Source: Botryllus schlosseri (taxonomy: Eukaryota). From it: a stretch of DNA of 64,000 nt. Location: contig CM119375.1 of NCBI GenBank assembly GCA_051294905.1, positions 310,001-374,000 on the forward strand. The letters are read 5' to 3'. Numbering within the stretch: position 1 is the first letter of the stretch; each line of letters begins with the position of its first letter. The translations under genes were made by a program, and so were the position numbers. This document shows, one piece after another, positions 49,601 to 60,624 of the stretch. Below the pieces are notes generated by a model. That model did not search any database, was not told the origin of the DNA, and saw nothing but the letters and a program-made list of their open reading frames with translations.

Positions 49601-49845
49601 TAAGCGCTTATGATTTTAGAATACGACTACCATTACCACTACGAATACTTACTTTTTTACATACTTGGAAATGTCTGCTTGTACTTGGTATAAATTTCTG
49701 TTATTTCTACTTCTACTTGGGTGGTAATACCAGCTACAACTACTTTTGCCACCTGTTTCTAATTCAATGCTCAATTTCGCAGAAAGAACTGCAGAGCAAC
49801 GTCTGCCATAGCCACAGGTCGGGCGGATCTTCCGATCGCTTCTGA
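46645..49845 (+). CDS. MOB3: MOB kinase activator 3, 230 aa; exons 46645-46774, 47358-47491, 48051-48109, 48168-48271, 48830-48933, 49091-49189, 49783-49845
   Basis: [96 protein letters not shown] are MOB3-type; canonical splice sites with consistent phases. Confidence 0.97.
47508..48001. mobile_element. CAGACTTGTAC-family MITE filling MOB3 intron 2
   Basis: TIRs CAGACTTGTACAAAC / GTTTGTACAAGTCTG; TSD CCTGTGGC / CCCGTGAC (6/8). Confidence 0.85.
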
Positions 49846-51220
49846 AGAGGATCCATGTCAGCTCCTCATTGTGACATCACAAATCTTCCCCCATCCTGAA
49901 ACGGAAGACATCTCCTCGTTTCGGATCAGTCTCGACTCCGAGTCCCATGTTCCAGTCGATGAAAACTGTGCTGCTTTCACCAAAGACTCGTGATCATTCC
50001 TCATAAGAGATTCTACAGTTTCCTCAGCGACGCCATTATTTTTTACTTCACGCAGTTTCACAAACTTTTGTCGGAAATTACTTTTCGGTTTGCTTTATCA
50101 TTGTGACGATACCGTGTTTATTGTGCGGAAGAGTTTGTCCGACAGAAGTCTGTTTTCAATCATGGATGACAAAAATTTTGCCAAACTCTCAGCATTCTAT
50201 ATTATTGCAGTTTTTTGTCTAGTAAACGTCCCCTCGCTAAACAATTGAATGATATATTCGTATTAAAATAAACCTGGATATTTTAGGCTGAGCCAGCTGT
50301 CTGTTAGCTTCGACTACTATTCAAAATTCCATGCAAGAGACGTCATATTTGGTGATACGGCTGCTGGAGTATATAATGGTCTTCTCAATTCTCGGCTAGT
50401 TGCTCATGGTATGCATATGCGCAGATCGTGTGTATGTGTATCATGAGTCGGTGTATATGCCGCAAAAAACATCAAGGACGAAAATAAACTACGTCCTCCT
50501 TAGAATTACCTGTCGAGTTTATTTCAATACCAATATATTATTCAACTGCATATTGAAGTTCTGTACCTCCAAGAGTATCATCTCGGTATTTTCAATGTCG
50601 TTTGCTTGCTATTGTAGGGACGCTCTGCGTCAAATTTGCATTTCTTTCAAGCCATGACTTCTTGTTTTCATTACATTGTCAATACCTGTTTAGCACTGTT
50701 ATTTCATATGTTTGAGGCAAATCAGGCCACACCCGAAAACCGCCAATTGGGTGGCATCGAAGTTCATTTCGCAAATCAACGTAAAACAGATTGTTCCAAC
50801 ACAGATCTCAGTAAGTAGAGTCGAGCTCACTCGAGCACCAGCAGTAAAAAAGACTTAACAGGGTATCTGTAGCAGAGGTAAAGTTAACCAAATATAATAT
50901 GATTGACTGGATTAGCTACTTAACTGTTCCTGAGGTATGCGAGATTGCGATACATACGAATGTATTCCAGCGTCCAGAATGTAGCGGTTATAATTAATTC
51001 CAAGATAATGGGAATCAGAAATCTTCTGCCGATAAATAGCATCCTGTCATCGATTATGCTATCAACGCGATAGGACAGGGGGCAGAACGAAGTGGACACC
51101 CAGGCTCGTAGGGTCATGCACACACACACTGTAAACGGCTTTTCTGTGAGCTCTAGCAGTCTCCTTGATGTTTTTCATCAGCTATCTCATTGGTTATCTG
51201 CAGATTGAGCCAGTACAACG

Positions 51221-52412
51221 CAGTGATGAGATGACTCGAGTCAACTTCTTCGTATGACTTGACTTGACTCGAGTCACTTTGCAAAAATGACTTGACTTGA
51301 CTCGGCGCTTCAGAAATGTAGATTGACTCTTGACTCGAAGCAAAATTTACGAGTCAATTTCAAGTCATTAAGTAAACGGTGTCAATTAAATCACACTATC
51401 TTATGTACGCTCGGGTTATTCGCGATACGCCGTTGCCACTTGTGAGAGCAACCAGTCATTCACTGATTGTACGTTTCACTGATCCTCCATTGTTACATCA
51501 CAAATACGTCGACCGCAAACGAAACGATCACAGCTTACGTTGTTGTAGTACAGAGGTCTCAAACACGCGGCCCGCGAGAACATTTTGTGCGGCCCGCGAT
51601 GTCATTTTGGAATTTCAAGTCTTCGACAATATATTCAAGTGCCACATATCTTTTTTAGACATAAAAACTTGAAGTTCACGCTACTACTAGCCTACTATAA
51701 AAACACTAAAACCTCAACAAACGACACCATGATATAATTGGACTTTTGAGTTTGAGTTTGAGACCTCTGTTGTAGTAGCAGTAGATTAATGAAATAGAAA
51801 GGTATCTTTGTTTCAGACGGCTCGGTGCTTATATTGCGCAGTGCTCACCTTTACCAACACTCTTGTATGATTTAAATCGAATGAATATATAGTTTATGCG
51901 TTTATATTCTCACGGATGTGTAGATGGGTTGTGTATTGACCATATCAATTTGTTCAACTTGTCGAGGCTTCGTATTCGATCCTCTATGTTGGCTGATAAG
52001 AATATGCTATATCAGTGTATCATGTAGCTATACATAGTGACTCAATTATTTTATTAGGAATTCTTCGTGTGCCTGAGCGTTATAGCACCTTTTTGCATGT
52101 ATATTTAACTTTATATTCGTTATTTGATTCAAGATAGATGGCGAAATAATCTGTCCTTCACCCAGTTAGCAAAATGTATTGACTTTGCATCAACACTTAT
52201 ACTTGGAAAATTCAATTTGACTTGAATTGTGACTTGACTCGTGACTTGACTTGACTTGACTCGACTTGACTCGAGTCACCTCGAAAAAACGAGTGACTTG
52301 ACTTGACTCGAGTCACCTTTGAAAATCGATTGACTTGACTTGACTCGAGTCAAAATGTGCAATGACTCGAGCTGACTCGTGACTCGAAGGTAGTGACTTG
52401 ATCCCAACACTG
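51221..52412. mobile_element. 1.2-kb non-autonomous hAT element, GACTCGAGTC family
   Basis: CAGTGATGAGAT / ATCCCAACACTG ends; perfect TSD GTACAACG. Confidence 0.9.
51551..51769. mobile_element. Nested hAT-Charlie MITE
   Basis: TIRs CAGAGGTCTCAAAC / GTTTGAGACCTCTG; perfect TSD TTGTAGTA; absent from the sister element at 56238-57255. Confidence 0.92.
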
Positions 52413-52747
52413 GTACAACGTAGTATTTCTGGATTTCGAAATCTTTGACAACCCAATATTCATGGACATTGGACAATACACTTATGTAGTGCACTGAGAG
52501 AGAGACCGTACTTGGTCACATCGGACAGTGATGCGCATTGCGCATCAGACTGAATTTTGCACAATTCTGTAGCAGTCCGATTGGATACGGACTCTTTTTT
52601 AAAATAGTTTTGAATAGAATTGAAATTTGATTACTCTAGCACTATAGGTTGTTTTGTCAAGGTCCAAGCAAGTAATTATTATCAGTTAATCCTGGGAGAT
52701 ATCAAATGGTTTCGATATCCAACACTTTGTCCTCCCCCCCACCTTGT

Positions 52748-53946
52748 TACCTGTGGTGTTCCGCAAGGCTCTGTTCTTGGACCTGTCCTTTTTACTTTAT
52801 ATGTCAATGATATCTTTGAAACCTCATCATTGAATACCACACTCTTCGCTGACGATACTCACCATCCTATCTCACGCACCTACTACCGCAAGCTTGAATG
52901 CCGTCACCAGTGATCAAATGCCCAAAGTGCATGAGTGGACGTCCCATAATAGCCTTCGGGTTAACGCTGCGAAATCCCAATTATTGGTCGTGAACTCCTG
53001 TGATAACTTAACCGTTGACATCGCTGGCCAACCAATTTCCAACACTAAAATTGCCAAATACCTTGGTGTTTTACTGGATTCGGACATGTCCTGGAAGAGT
53101 CACATACAATCACTCAAACCACGACTATCGAAGGTATGTGGTCTATTTCGCCGCCTTAGCTACATTCTACCAGTCAGCGTGCTGTTGATACCCTTCAACT
53201 CTCTATTCCTATCAAAGTTACAATACGGCCGGAATTCTTTGTTGGGGTGCTGCCTGCAAGAATACAATTGACCCACTGCAAAAACTTCAACATCGGATCA
53301 TCCGTATCATTGCCAAAGCCCCACGGGGGCCTGGATGTGCAACTGATAAATCGCTTCTCAAAAGATTTGGTGTTCTAAACTTAGAAGATATGAGAAAGCT
53401 AGAAATTGCCCACTTTATGTATCAGTTCCATTGCGGTCAATGTCCCTCAAATTTCAAGGACTACTTCACCTCGGAGACAAAAGCGCACAAGTACAGCACA
53501 CGCGCGTCAACGAAGAACAACTACCATATGATCAGGACTGAATACAAGAAAACGCATTGCTCTATCAAGTATGCCGGACCCCAATTGTGGAACAGCATCT
53601 CGCCGGCTATCCGACCGTCGTCGAGCATGTCCGCATTCAAGTCGAAATACAAGCAATTTCTTCTAAATCAATACTAGCCACTCTTCAGGATTACCGGACC
53701 ACGACCTAACATCGACCTCGCCCTCCGCCACATGCCACCCCATTTTGTCGCTTTTGCGTCTTATATTCTCTGCATTACTTTTCATTCAGTGTGCATGCCT
53801 CTTAGTTACTTCGCCTAGGCTAAGGTGGGTGTCTGATCTTGATGGCTACTCCAAGTTGTTTCGACACCTTCCTATCTTTTCATTGTATCGCAGTCTTGTG
53901 ATGTTTTGAAACGATGAAAATAATAATAAACCTGACTGACTGACTG
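52748..53946 (+). mobile_element. 5'-truncated, frameshifted CR1/L2-group LINE (reverse transcriptase C-half, 3' UTR, TGAC tail)
   Basis: CGVPQGSVLGPVLFTLYVND, LFADDT, KYLGVLLDSDMSWKSHI, SIKYAGPQLWNS across three broken frames; ends AATAAACC(TGAC)3. Confidence 0.92.
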
Positions 53947-54009
53947 AATCCTGACGACCACTACCTTTGTACCATCATTGTATCCAAGCAAATATGCGTT
54001 AGCTGGCTA

Positions 54010-54170
54010 TAACTGCATCGCAGCTCAACTGCACATTTCTGATTCTTCGACTAACTTCTTCAATATGAATTCTTACATGAGATTCTTCGGATTCGGACGA
54101 ATTGTTCTTCAGATACTCATGCAGTAGGAAGTATTGAGATTATCAAAGCCAAGATCCGCTCATCACTGGT
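54010..54170 (-). pseudogene. Degenerate ISL2EU/PIF-Harbinger transposase remnant
   Basis: With small indels the minus strand reads VMADLGFD..SEEQF.RIRRIS-VRIHIEEV.RRIRN, like the DDE_Tnp_4 motifs VMADRGF and RRIASVRIHVERAI.RIK. Confidence 0.55.
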
Positions 54171-55328
54171 TTCGTGATTCACCTATCTGTTCATTACATT
54201 CCATTGTGTCTGTGTGTCGCATTGGGTGTTTTGTTGCTTGATCGGATGAAAAGAACAGTATATTCGATTGGTTGAGATATATACTGCTAGCATCATAGTC
54301 GTTTACAGTGCTGTGAACGACGATGCTAGTACGCCGTGGTGTTGTCTTATATTTATTATACATCTCAGTGATGAACTAGGTGTTTTACGCACCAATGCGT
54401 TTTGTAGCAAAACTCAAAACAAAACGAACGACGAACCGTTGCTCTGATGCCGACTGCTAGAGATGACCGTATCTGATGTCTTACGGTGGAATGCGAGAAT
54501 TGCAATATTTCCTCAAAGTTGGGAGGTTTCTCGAACGAGATACTTGTAAATTATTGTACTTTAAGCGTTCATTACTACTGGCGCTAAAATCACTTATTCT
54601 ATGTCGGTCTAATTGATGTGTTTGAGGATAAGCTGCGGAATTGCGGAAACATACATTTCATGTCGTCGGTGGAAAACATATTTGTTGTGGGACATGAGGG
54701 AACTACAGGGAGGAAATTTAACTTAATTTTATAATGGCTAGGTTGTTCTGATAACTTATTTGGTATGGTTGGCATATTTTGGAATCGGGAAACTTGGTGC
54801 GTTTCACTCGCATATTTCATGACATTAAATCATGGATATTGCTACGCATACAGAGTACAAATCAGGATCAGACAACTAGAAAATGATCAATTGTCCAAAG
54901 TTTGATTATAGTGAGAATGATGGCTCAACAACATTATTTTTCCAAGTTCGATTAGAATTAAAGCTACTGAATTTGTTGAGGGTTACAGTAGGGTAATTTT
55001 GGTGTGGGTGAGTGTCATGGTCAGTTGGCCTACATTAGGGTAGGGGGTTGAGGTTCTTAGCGTTAGAGATTAGGATTTGGGGTTAAGTTCAGTAGAAATA
55101 TGGTCTCTTACCTTATTTTGCATGTGACTGATTCCATGAGAAAACTGTTTGCTCGGAAATGACTTTATGCTTGGAATACACCAGTAAAAATGCGCAAACC
55201 CCAGCCCCAATACCAACCCTAACATCGCTACTGACCTTATTTTGCATGCAATCACACCAATCATCCTCCACACAGACTGAACAATGTACATTTCCCGCTT
55301 CTCAAATTCGATTCTAGCATATTAGGCT

Positions 55329-55715
55329 ATGGCAACGGTGGAGGAACTCAAAAAACTAGTTCGACAGAATCTTGACAGCCGCGGAACGACGCAAGAACTA
55401 AAAGCAAAAATTCGATCGGAAGTCTTCAACGCTCTGGACGACAAAAACCTTCCCAAGCCGGAGCTCTCAAACGAAAACTTGATCATAAACGAGCTAATTC
55501 GCGAGTATTTGAACTACAACAGGTACAAATATTCCGAATCGGTCTTGGTGACAGAGTCCGGTCAACCGGCGGTGCCATTGGACCGACAATTTCTCTCGCA
55601 TGAACTCGGTGTCGAGACAAGAGACGAGGTTCCTTTGTTGTACAGTCTCGTCCATTATTTTGTGCAAAGAAATTCGACGAATCGCGACAAAGCGCTGAAG
55701 AATTCCTCTGAATGA
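55329..55715 (+). CDS. CEP20: Centrosomal protein 20 (FOPNL/FOR20; LisH/TOF domain), 128 aa, intronless
   Basis: MATVEELK..L..RG..ELKAKIRSEVFNALDD..PELSNENLIINELIREYL.YNRYKY..SVL..ESGQP..PLDRQFL..EL..PLLY matches FOPNL. Confidence 0.95.
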   Translation: MATVEELKKLVRQNLDSRGTTQELKAKIRSEVFNALDDKNLPKPELSNENLIINELIREYLNYNRYKYSESVLVTESGQPAVPLDRQFLSHELGVETRDEVPLLYSLVHYFVQRNSTNRDKALKNSSE

Positions 55716-56237
55716 CCCGAGAACTGAATCGGTGAATCAGAAATTTTCACTTTTTCAGTTATATTTTCTGTATCTTTCGAGACCTTTGTGTGTTCGCGAC
55801 AGCCTATAGCTTCAGGCGCTTTTCACTCGCTTAAGAGTACATTTTGCAATAATTTTTTTTTGTGTAGACGGTATCCTACATGGATTTTCAAGTCCGCTCC
55901 CCCCCCCCAATTTTGTTTTGTCCGTAACTTTTTTTTCTCCGAGTTTAGAGCAAAAATGTTGATTTTTTTCAATTCCTTGGCCTCAAAATTGTATAATTAG
56001 ACATTTTAATTGATTCTCCACCATCATTACAGCAAAAAATATTGATTCTAAAGATTTTTGCGTGCAGCGCCACCTAGTGACATGAGAATTTTGAATCGCA
56101 TTATCTTTTGAACCGCTGGAAATTTTTCAATCTAATTTTTTTAATGTACCCAGAGTTCAAAAAAGAACAACATTTGTAAATATTGGACAATTCTGAGGGT
56201 ATGCATTACAGCCCCTGTTAAGTTATAATGGAATTAG

Positions 56238-57255
56238 CCTGTTGGGATGACTCGAGTCATGACTTGACTCGAGGCAGACTCGAGTCAACTTTTTCGTATG
56301 ACTTGACTTGACTCGAGTCACTTTGGGAAAATGACTTGACTTGACTTGACTCGGAGCTTCAAAAATGTGCGTTGACTCGTGACTCGGAGTAAAATTTACG
56401 AGTCAATTTCAAGTCATCAAGTAAACGGTGCCGAATAAATCACTGTATTTTGTGTATGTTCGGATTGTTCGATATACGCCGGTGTCACTTGTGAGAGCAA
56501 CCAGTCACTCACTGATTCTACGTTACACTGATCCTTCATTGTTAGATCACAAATAAATTGACCGCCAACTAAACGATCACAACTTATGTTGTCGAAGTAG
56601 TAGTAGAAGATTAATCCAAATAGCAATGTGTCTCAGTTTCGTAGACGGCTCAATGCTTAATTTGCGCAGTGCTCACATTTACCAACCCTTTTGTATGATT
56701 TAAATCGAACAAATATAGTTTGGGCGTTTATATTCTCACGGATGTGTAGATGGGTAGTGTATAGGCTATCGTACCTTATCATTTTGTTGCAACTTCTCCA
56801 AGCTTAGCATTAGGTCCAATATTTTGGCTGATAATAACGTACTGTAGCATGTAGCTGTACAGTAGGCTACATGTACATTGTACAGTTACTCACGTATTTT
56901 ATTAGCAGTTCTACGTCTACGTGTGCGTGAGGGATACAACGTCTTTTTGCATGTATATTTAACTAGACATTCAAGATAAATAATCAATTAATCTGTCTTT
57001 CACAGTTGTGTGCAAAATGTAATGACATTGAATCCTCATTCATGGTTTAAAAATTTAATTTGACTTGAATTGTGACTTGACTCGTGACTTGACTTGACTT
57101 GACTCGACTTGACTCGAGTCACCTCCAAAAAACGAGTGACTTGACTTGACTCGAGTCACCTTTGAAAATCGACTGACTTGACTTGACTCGAGTCAAAATC
57201 TGCAATGACTCGAGATGACTCGTGACTCGAAGGTAGTGACTTGATCCCAACACTG
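56238..57255. mobile_element. Second copy of the GACTCGAGTC-family hAT element
   Basis: Colinear with 51221-52412 minus the nested MITE; right end ATCCCAACACTG. Confidence 0.85.
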
Positions 57256-58184
57256 TTTGTTTTATATTTAACGAGATTGAGAAGTTGGTTACAACTCTGC
57301 TGCAGAAGGAAGTGCGTTCTGTCCTGTCGTTTTTCAACTTGATTCGCATATGTCGTTATTTGGCATCGATAGATAGATGCGCAGAATTCAACAAAGAACG
57401 ATCGCGTGGTGAGCGATAGTAATTCAAGTCCCAGCAAGAAGAACATACTCAACCTATAAGACCATAAGCCAAGTTCGGCTGAACAATTCGTTTTATCCCA
57501 ATGGGCTCAATTTTTGCCTACCACTGACCACTATCAAGAGAGAGGAGGTATATGTGGAATTTGAAGTTCTGATCGGCCAATTAAAACACCACGAACTTGA
57601 ATCAGATGAGGCTGCTCTTAAAGCTCCATTATCAGATTTGGCTCATTCGTATTGTGGGCGTCCTATCGACAAGGCGGGTTTTTTGATACTGTAGAGCCCT
57701 TGATATTGTAGATCCCTGGTTCTCTCTCTCATATCTGAACAGCTTCTTGGAGGTACAGAGGTTCAATATACAATTGGATAGTATATTCATATTGAAATGA
57801 ACCCGAATATTTTCGGCTGACACTCGTCAGGGGTAATCATCAGCAACTAGTAGAGAATTCAAAAGAACAGCGTAATTATCAAAAATCATAACACAAAATA
57901 AGACGTCGCTCTCATATCTGTATATCACGTGATTTATGTCTTTCTTCTAGTACCACGTGGCTTATCATTTGTCAGCCATTGTATTTGAATTATACGCCAG
58001 TCAATCAGGTTTGTTAATATTTTCATCGTTTCAAAACATCACAAGACTGCGATGCAATGAAAAGATAGGAAGGTGTCGAAACAACTTGGAGTAGCCTTTA
58101 AGATCAGACACCCACCTTCGCCAGACTCATTTGCGATGTCCTATACGGTACCTGTAGGCTATATATATTCCATACATATTCATC

Positions 58185-58700
58185 ATTCATCATTGGTTTA
58201 TTAGCAATTTTATCAGTTCAATACACCAAAAACAATGCGATACAATGAAAAGACAGGAAGATGTCGAAGCGACTAGGAGTAGCCTAGTCTATGGAATCAG
58301 ACACCCACCTTGGCCTATAGGCGATGTAAAGAGGAGGCATGCACATTGCACACACTGAATGAAAGTAAAGAAGATAGTATAGAAAAAGAAGCGACAAGAA
58401 ATGGGCGGCATGTCATGGGAAGCGAGATCGATAGGTCAGTCGTGGTCCGGTAATCTTGAGGATGGACTGTATTTATTTAGTAGTAATTGCTTGTATTTCG
58501 ACATGAATGTGGACATGCTCCCGTCGACTGCCGGATGGCCGGCGGGATACTGATCCACACATCAGGTCCGGCATATTTGATAGAGCGATGATATTTTCGG
58601 TCGATCATATGATATTTGGACGACGTGGACGCGCGTGTGTTGTGTTGTACTTGTGCGCTTTTGATTCCGAGGTAAAGAAGTCATTCGACCAATATATCTA
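58185..58700 (-). mobile_element. 5'-truncated CR1/L2-group LINE (ORF2 end and 3' UTR)
   Basis: Reverse complement aligns with 53460-53940 (AAAGCGCACAAGTAC..CTCTATCAAATATGCCGGACC..ATTACCGGACCACGAC); an additional tail at 58010-58110. Confidence 0.85.
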
Positions 58701-59108
58701 TCTGAGGCAATACCGACGTTGCATTCACGTTGAAGTTGTCAGATCAAGGACGAACGCAAGAAACATGCGTCTACGCACTGCGAGCTAAGTATTATCTACC
58801 CAGCCACACATTACGTTGAACGCAGGTTACAACTCTAGAAGATTATCAGACGACACACGTCTTCTATATACTATCAAAGCACGATATTCTTCAACCATGA
58901 AATTCGCATCACCAAACCAGACAAGGAATCTGTCGTCGTCCTTCAGAACAAAGCTGTTGAGTTTTGACCGCTATTGGCCATTTTGCAAAGTGATATCAAT
59001 CAATGTCCATTGTCCATTTGAAAACTCTCTTACCCATTTGAAAAGTGAGAGCATCAACCCTCCTCGAATTCGATAACTCAACCAAAATTGACGGACGACT
59101 GGTACGCC

Positions 59109-59547
59109 TAGGGTTGCACTTAAAACGAACGGTGTTTTAAAACACTTTGTTTATAACATGTTTTAACCAGTGTTCTAAATAAATTCCTTATTAAAAAAAC
59201 AAACATTTTCAAGGCCAAAAATTATGCCATAATTGTGTAAATACTTTCCAAAAAACATGTTGTATATGAACCTACGGATAATTACCACCCGATATAGGCG
59301 ACGTATAACGATATGGGATGGTTGGAACCCGCAATATATCCAGTTCAACATTAATGGTACAGATATCTCGTCAGAGGAGCTATATTTACCCTATATTTTC
59401 AATTGTCAATGTTAATCCACTATGGCGTCACAATTGAATATTGGTGACGTCATGGCTTAAAAAAAACCAATAGAAGCATGTTTTAAATTAGGGCCTTGTT
59501 TTAAACATGTTTACTTTAAATTAATTTTTGTTTTAAATGCAACCTTA
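59109..59547. mobile_element. hAT MITE inserted in the PLE
   Basis: TIRs TAGGGTTGCA / TGCAACCTTA; perfect TSD GGTACGCC. Confidence 0.88.
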
Positions 59548-60152
59548 GGTACGCCACCTGCTGACCTTCAAGAATAACGTCTTGACGGCGGAACCACAAC
59601 TCCGTCAGACCGACGGGATCGCAGAGACCACGCATGTACTGTGGACTGCCAAAAACTCACAAAAATGTCCCAGTGAGATACTTTTCATGATCGGGTCTGC
59701 TCAACATCACCTAGCAAAATTGCTCATTGGCGTCTTGGAACCTCTTCTTGAAGACACGACACTGAAGGTGTTCGCGATTCGTTCACTTTCACTAGTGAAA
59801 TACGAAACCTGGACTTGGCCCGCGGCTTCAGACTGCAGGGATTCCCCCCTACCTGCTTACTACGCCAGATTTTAGTGACTGTATTATTATATACGTGTAT
59901 GCGCGTTGCGGAGTTGCGAACATTGCGCCGCGTTGCGAGAGTGGAGCTTACGCGTAAGTTCGTCGAAGCGAGAAGACTTGCATTATCGGCATTTACGATG
60001 CACTTAACCCTAATATCGTCTGTGGTGATCATGATTTTTGTCGACTACAATGGTCGATCATTTACACCAGGCTGATATTTCTTATTTTGATTCCGTAACC
60101 GCCGACTTGTAGCACGGCACACTTCTAGGCTTTTGAAAGGCACCGTTTATGC

Positions 60153-60624
60153 CAGGGGTCGCCGACTCAAAACGGGTCGCAGGCCACTTTTCAAATGTCG
60201 TAGAGGACACAGGCCGCATGAATTCAATATCGAGATTGATTAGGCCACACAGAACAACGGCGCTATCTCGTCACCTACTCAATCCTAATGAATTGATATC
60301 TTGGTAAATTTGGGTTACCGGGCTTATGGAACGCTCTAAAATCTTAATTAGGGATTACACCGTGTGTTGATTGATCAGGAAGAAGCAGACATGGCGACGT
60401 CTGTATGACAATGTTATTCTCAAATCCACATTGTCTTCGACATTATCGGCGAGAAATGGCTTTGAAGTGATATTGCTGTCGTTAAAATACATTCATTAAT
60501 TATGATTTATTCCTTTGTATATGTGGATAAATGGGCGAATAATGTATCGATTCAGCAATCCGGCCCGCCAAGTACTTAATTTTCCTATATCCGGCCCGCC
60601 GACTGGAGAAGTTGGCCGCCCCTG
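60153..60624. mobile_element. hAT-Charlie-type MITE inserted in the PLE
   Basis: CAGGGGTCGCCGACT / AGTTGGCCGCCCCTG ends; TSD degraded (GTTTATGC / GACTATGG). Confidence 0.65.
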
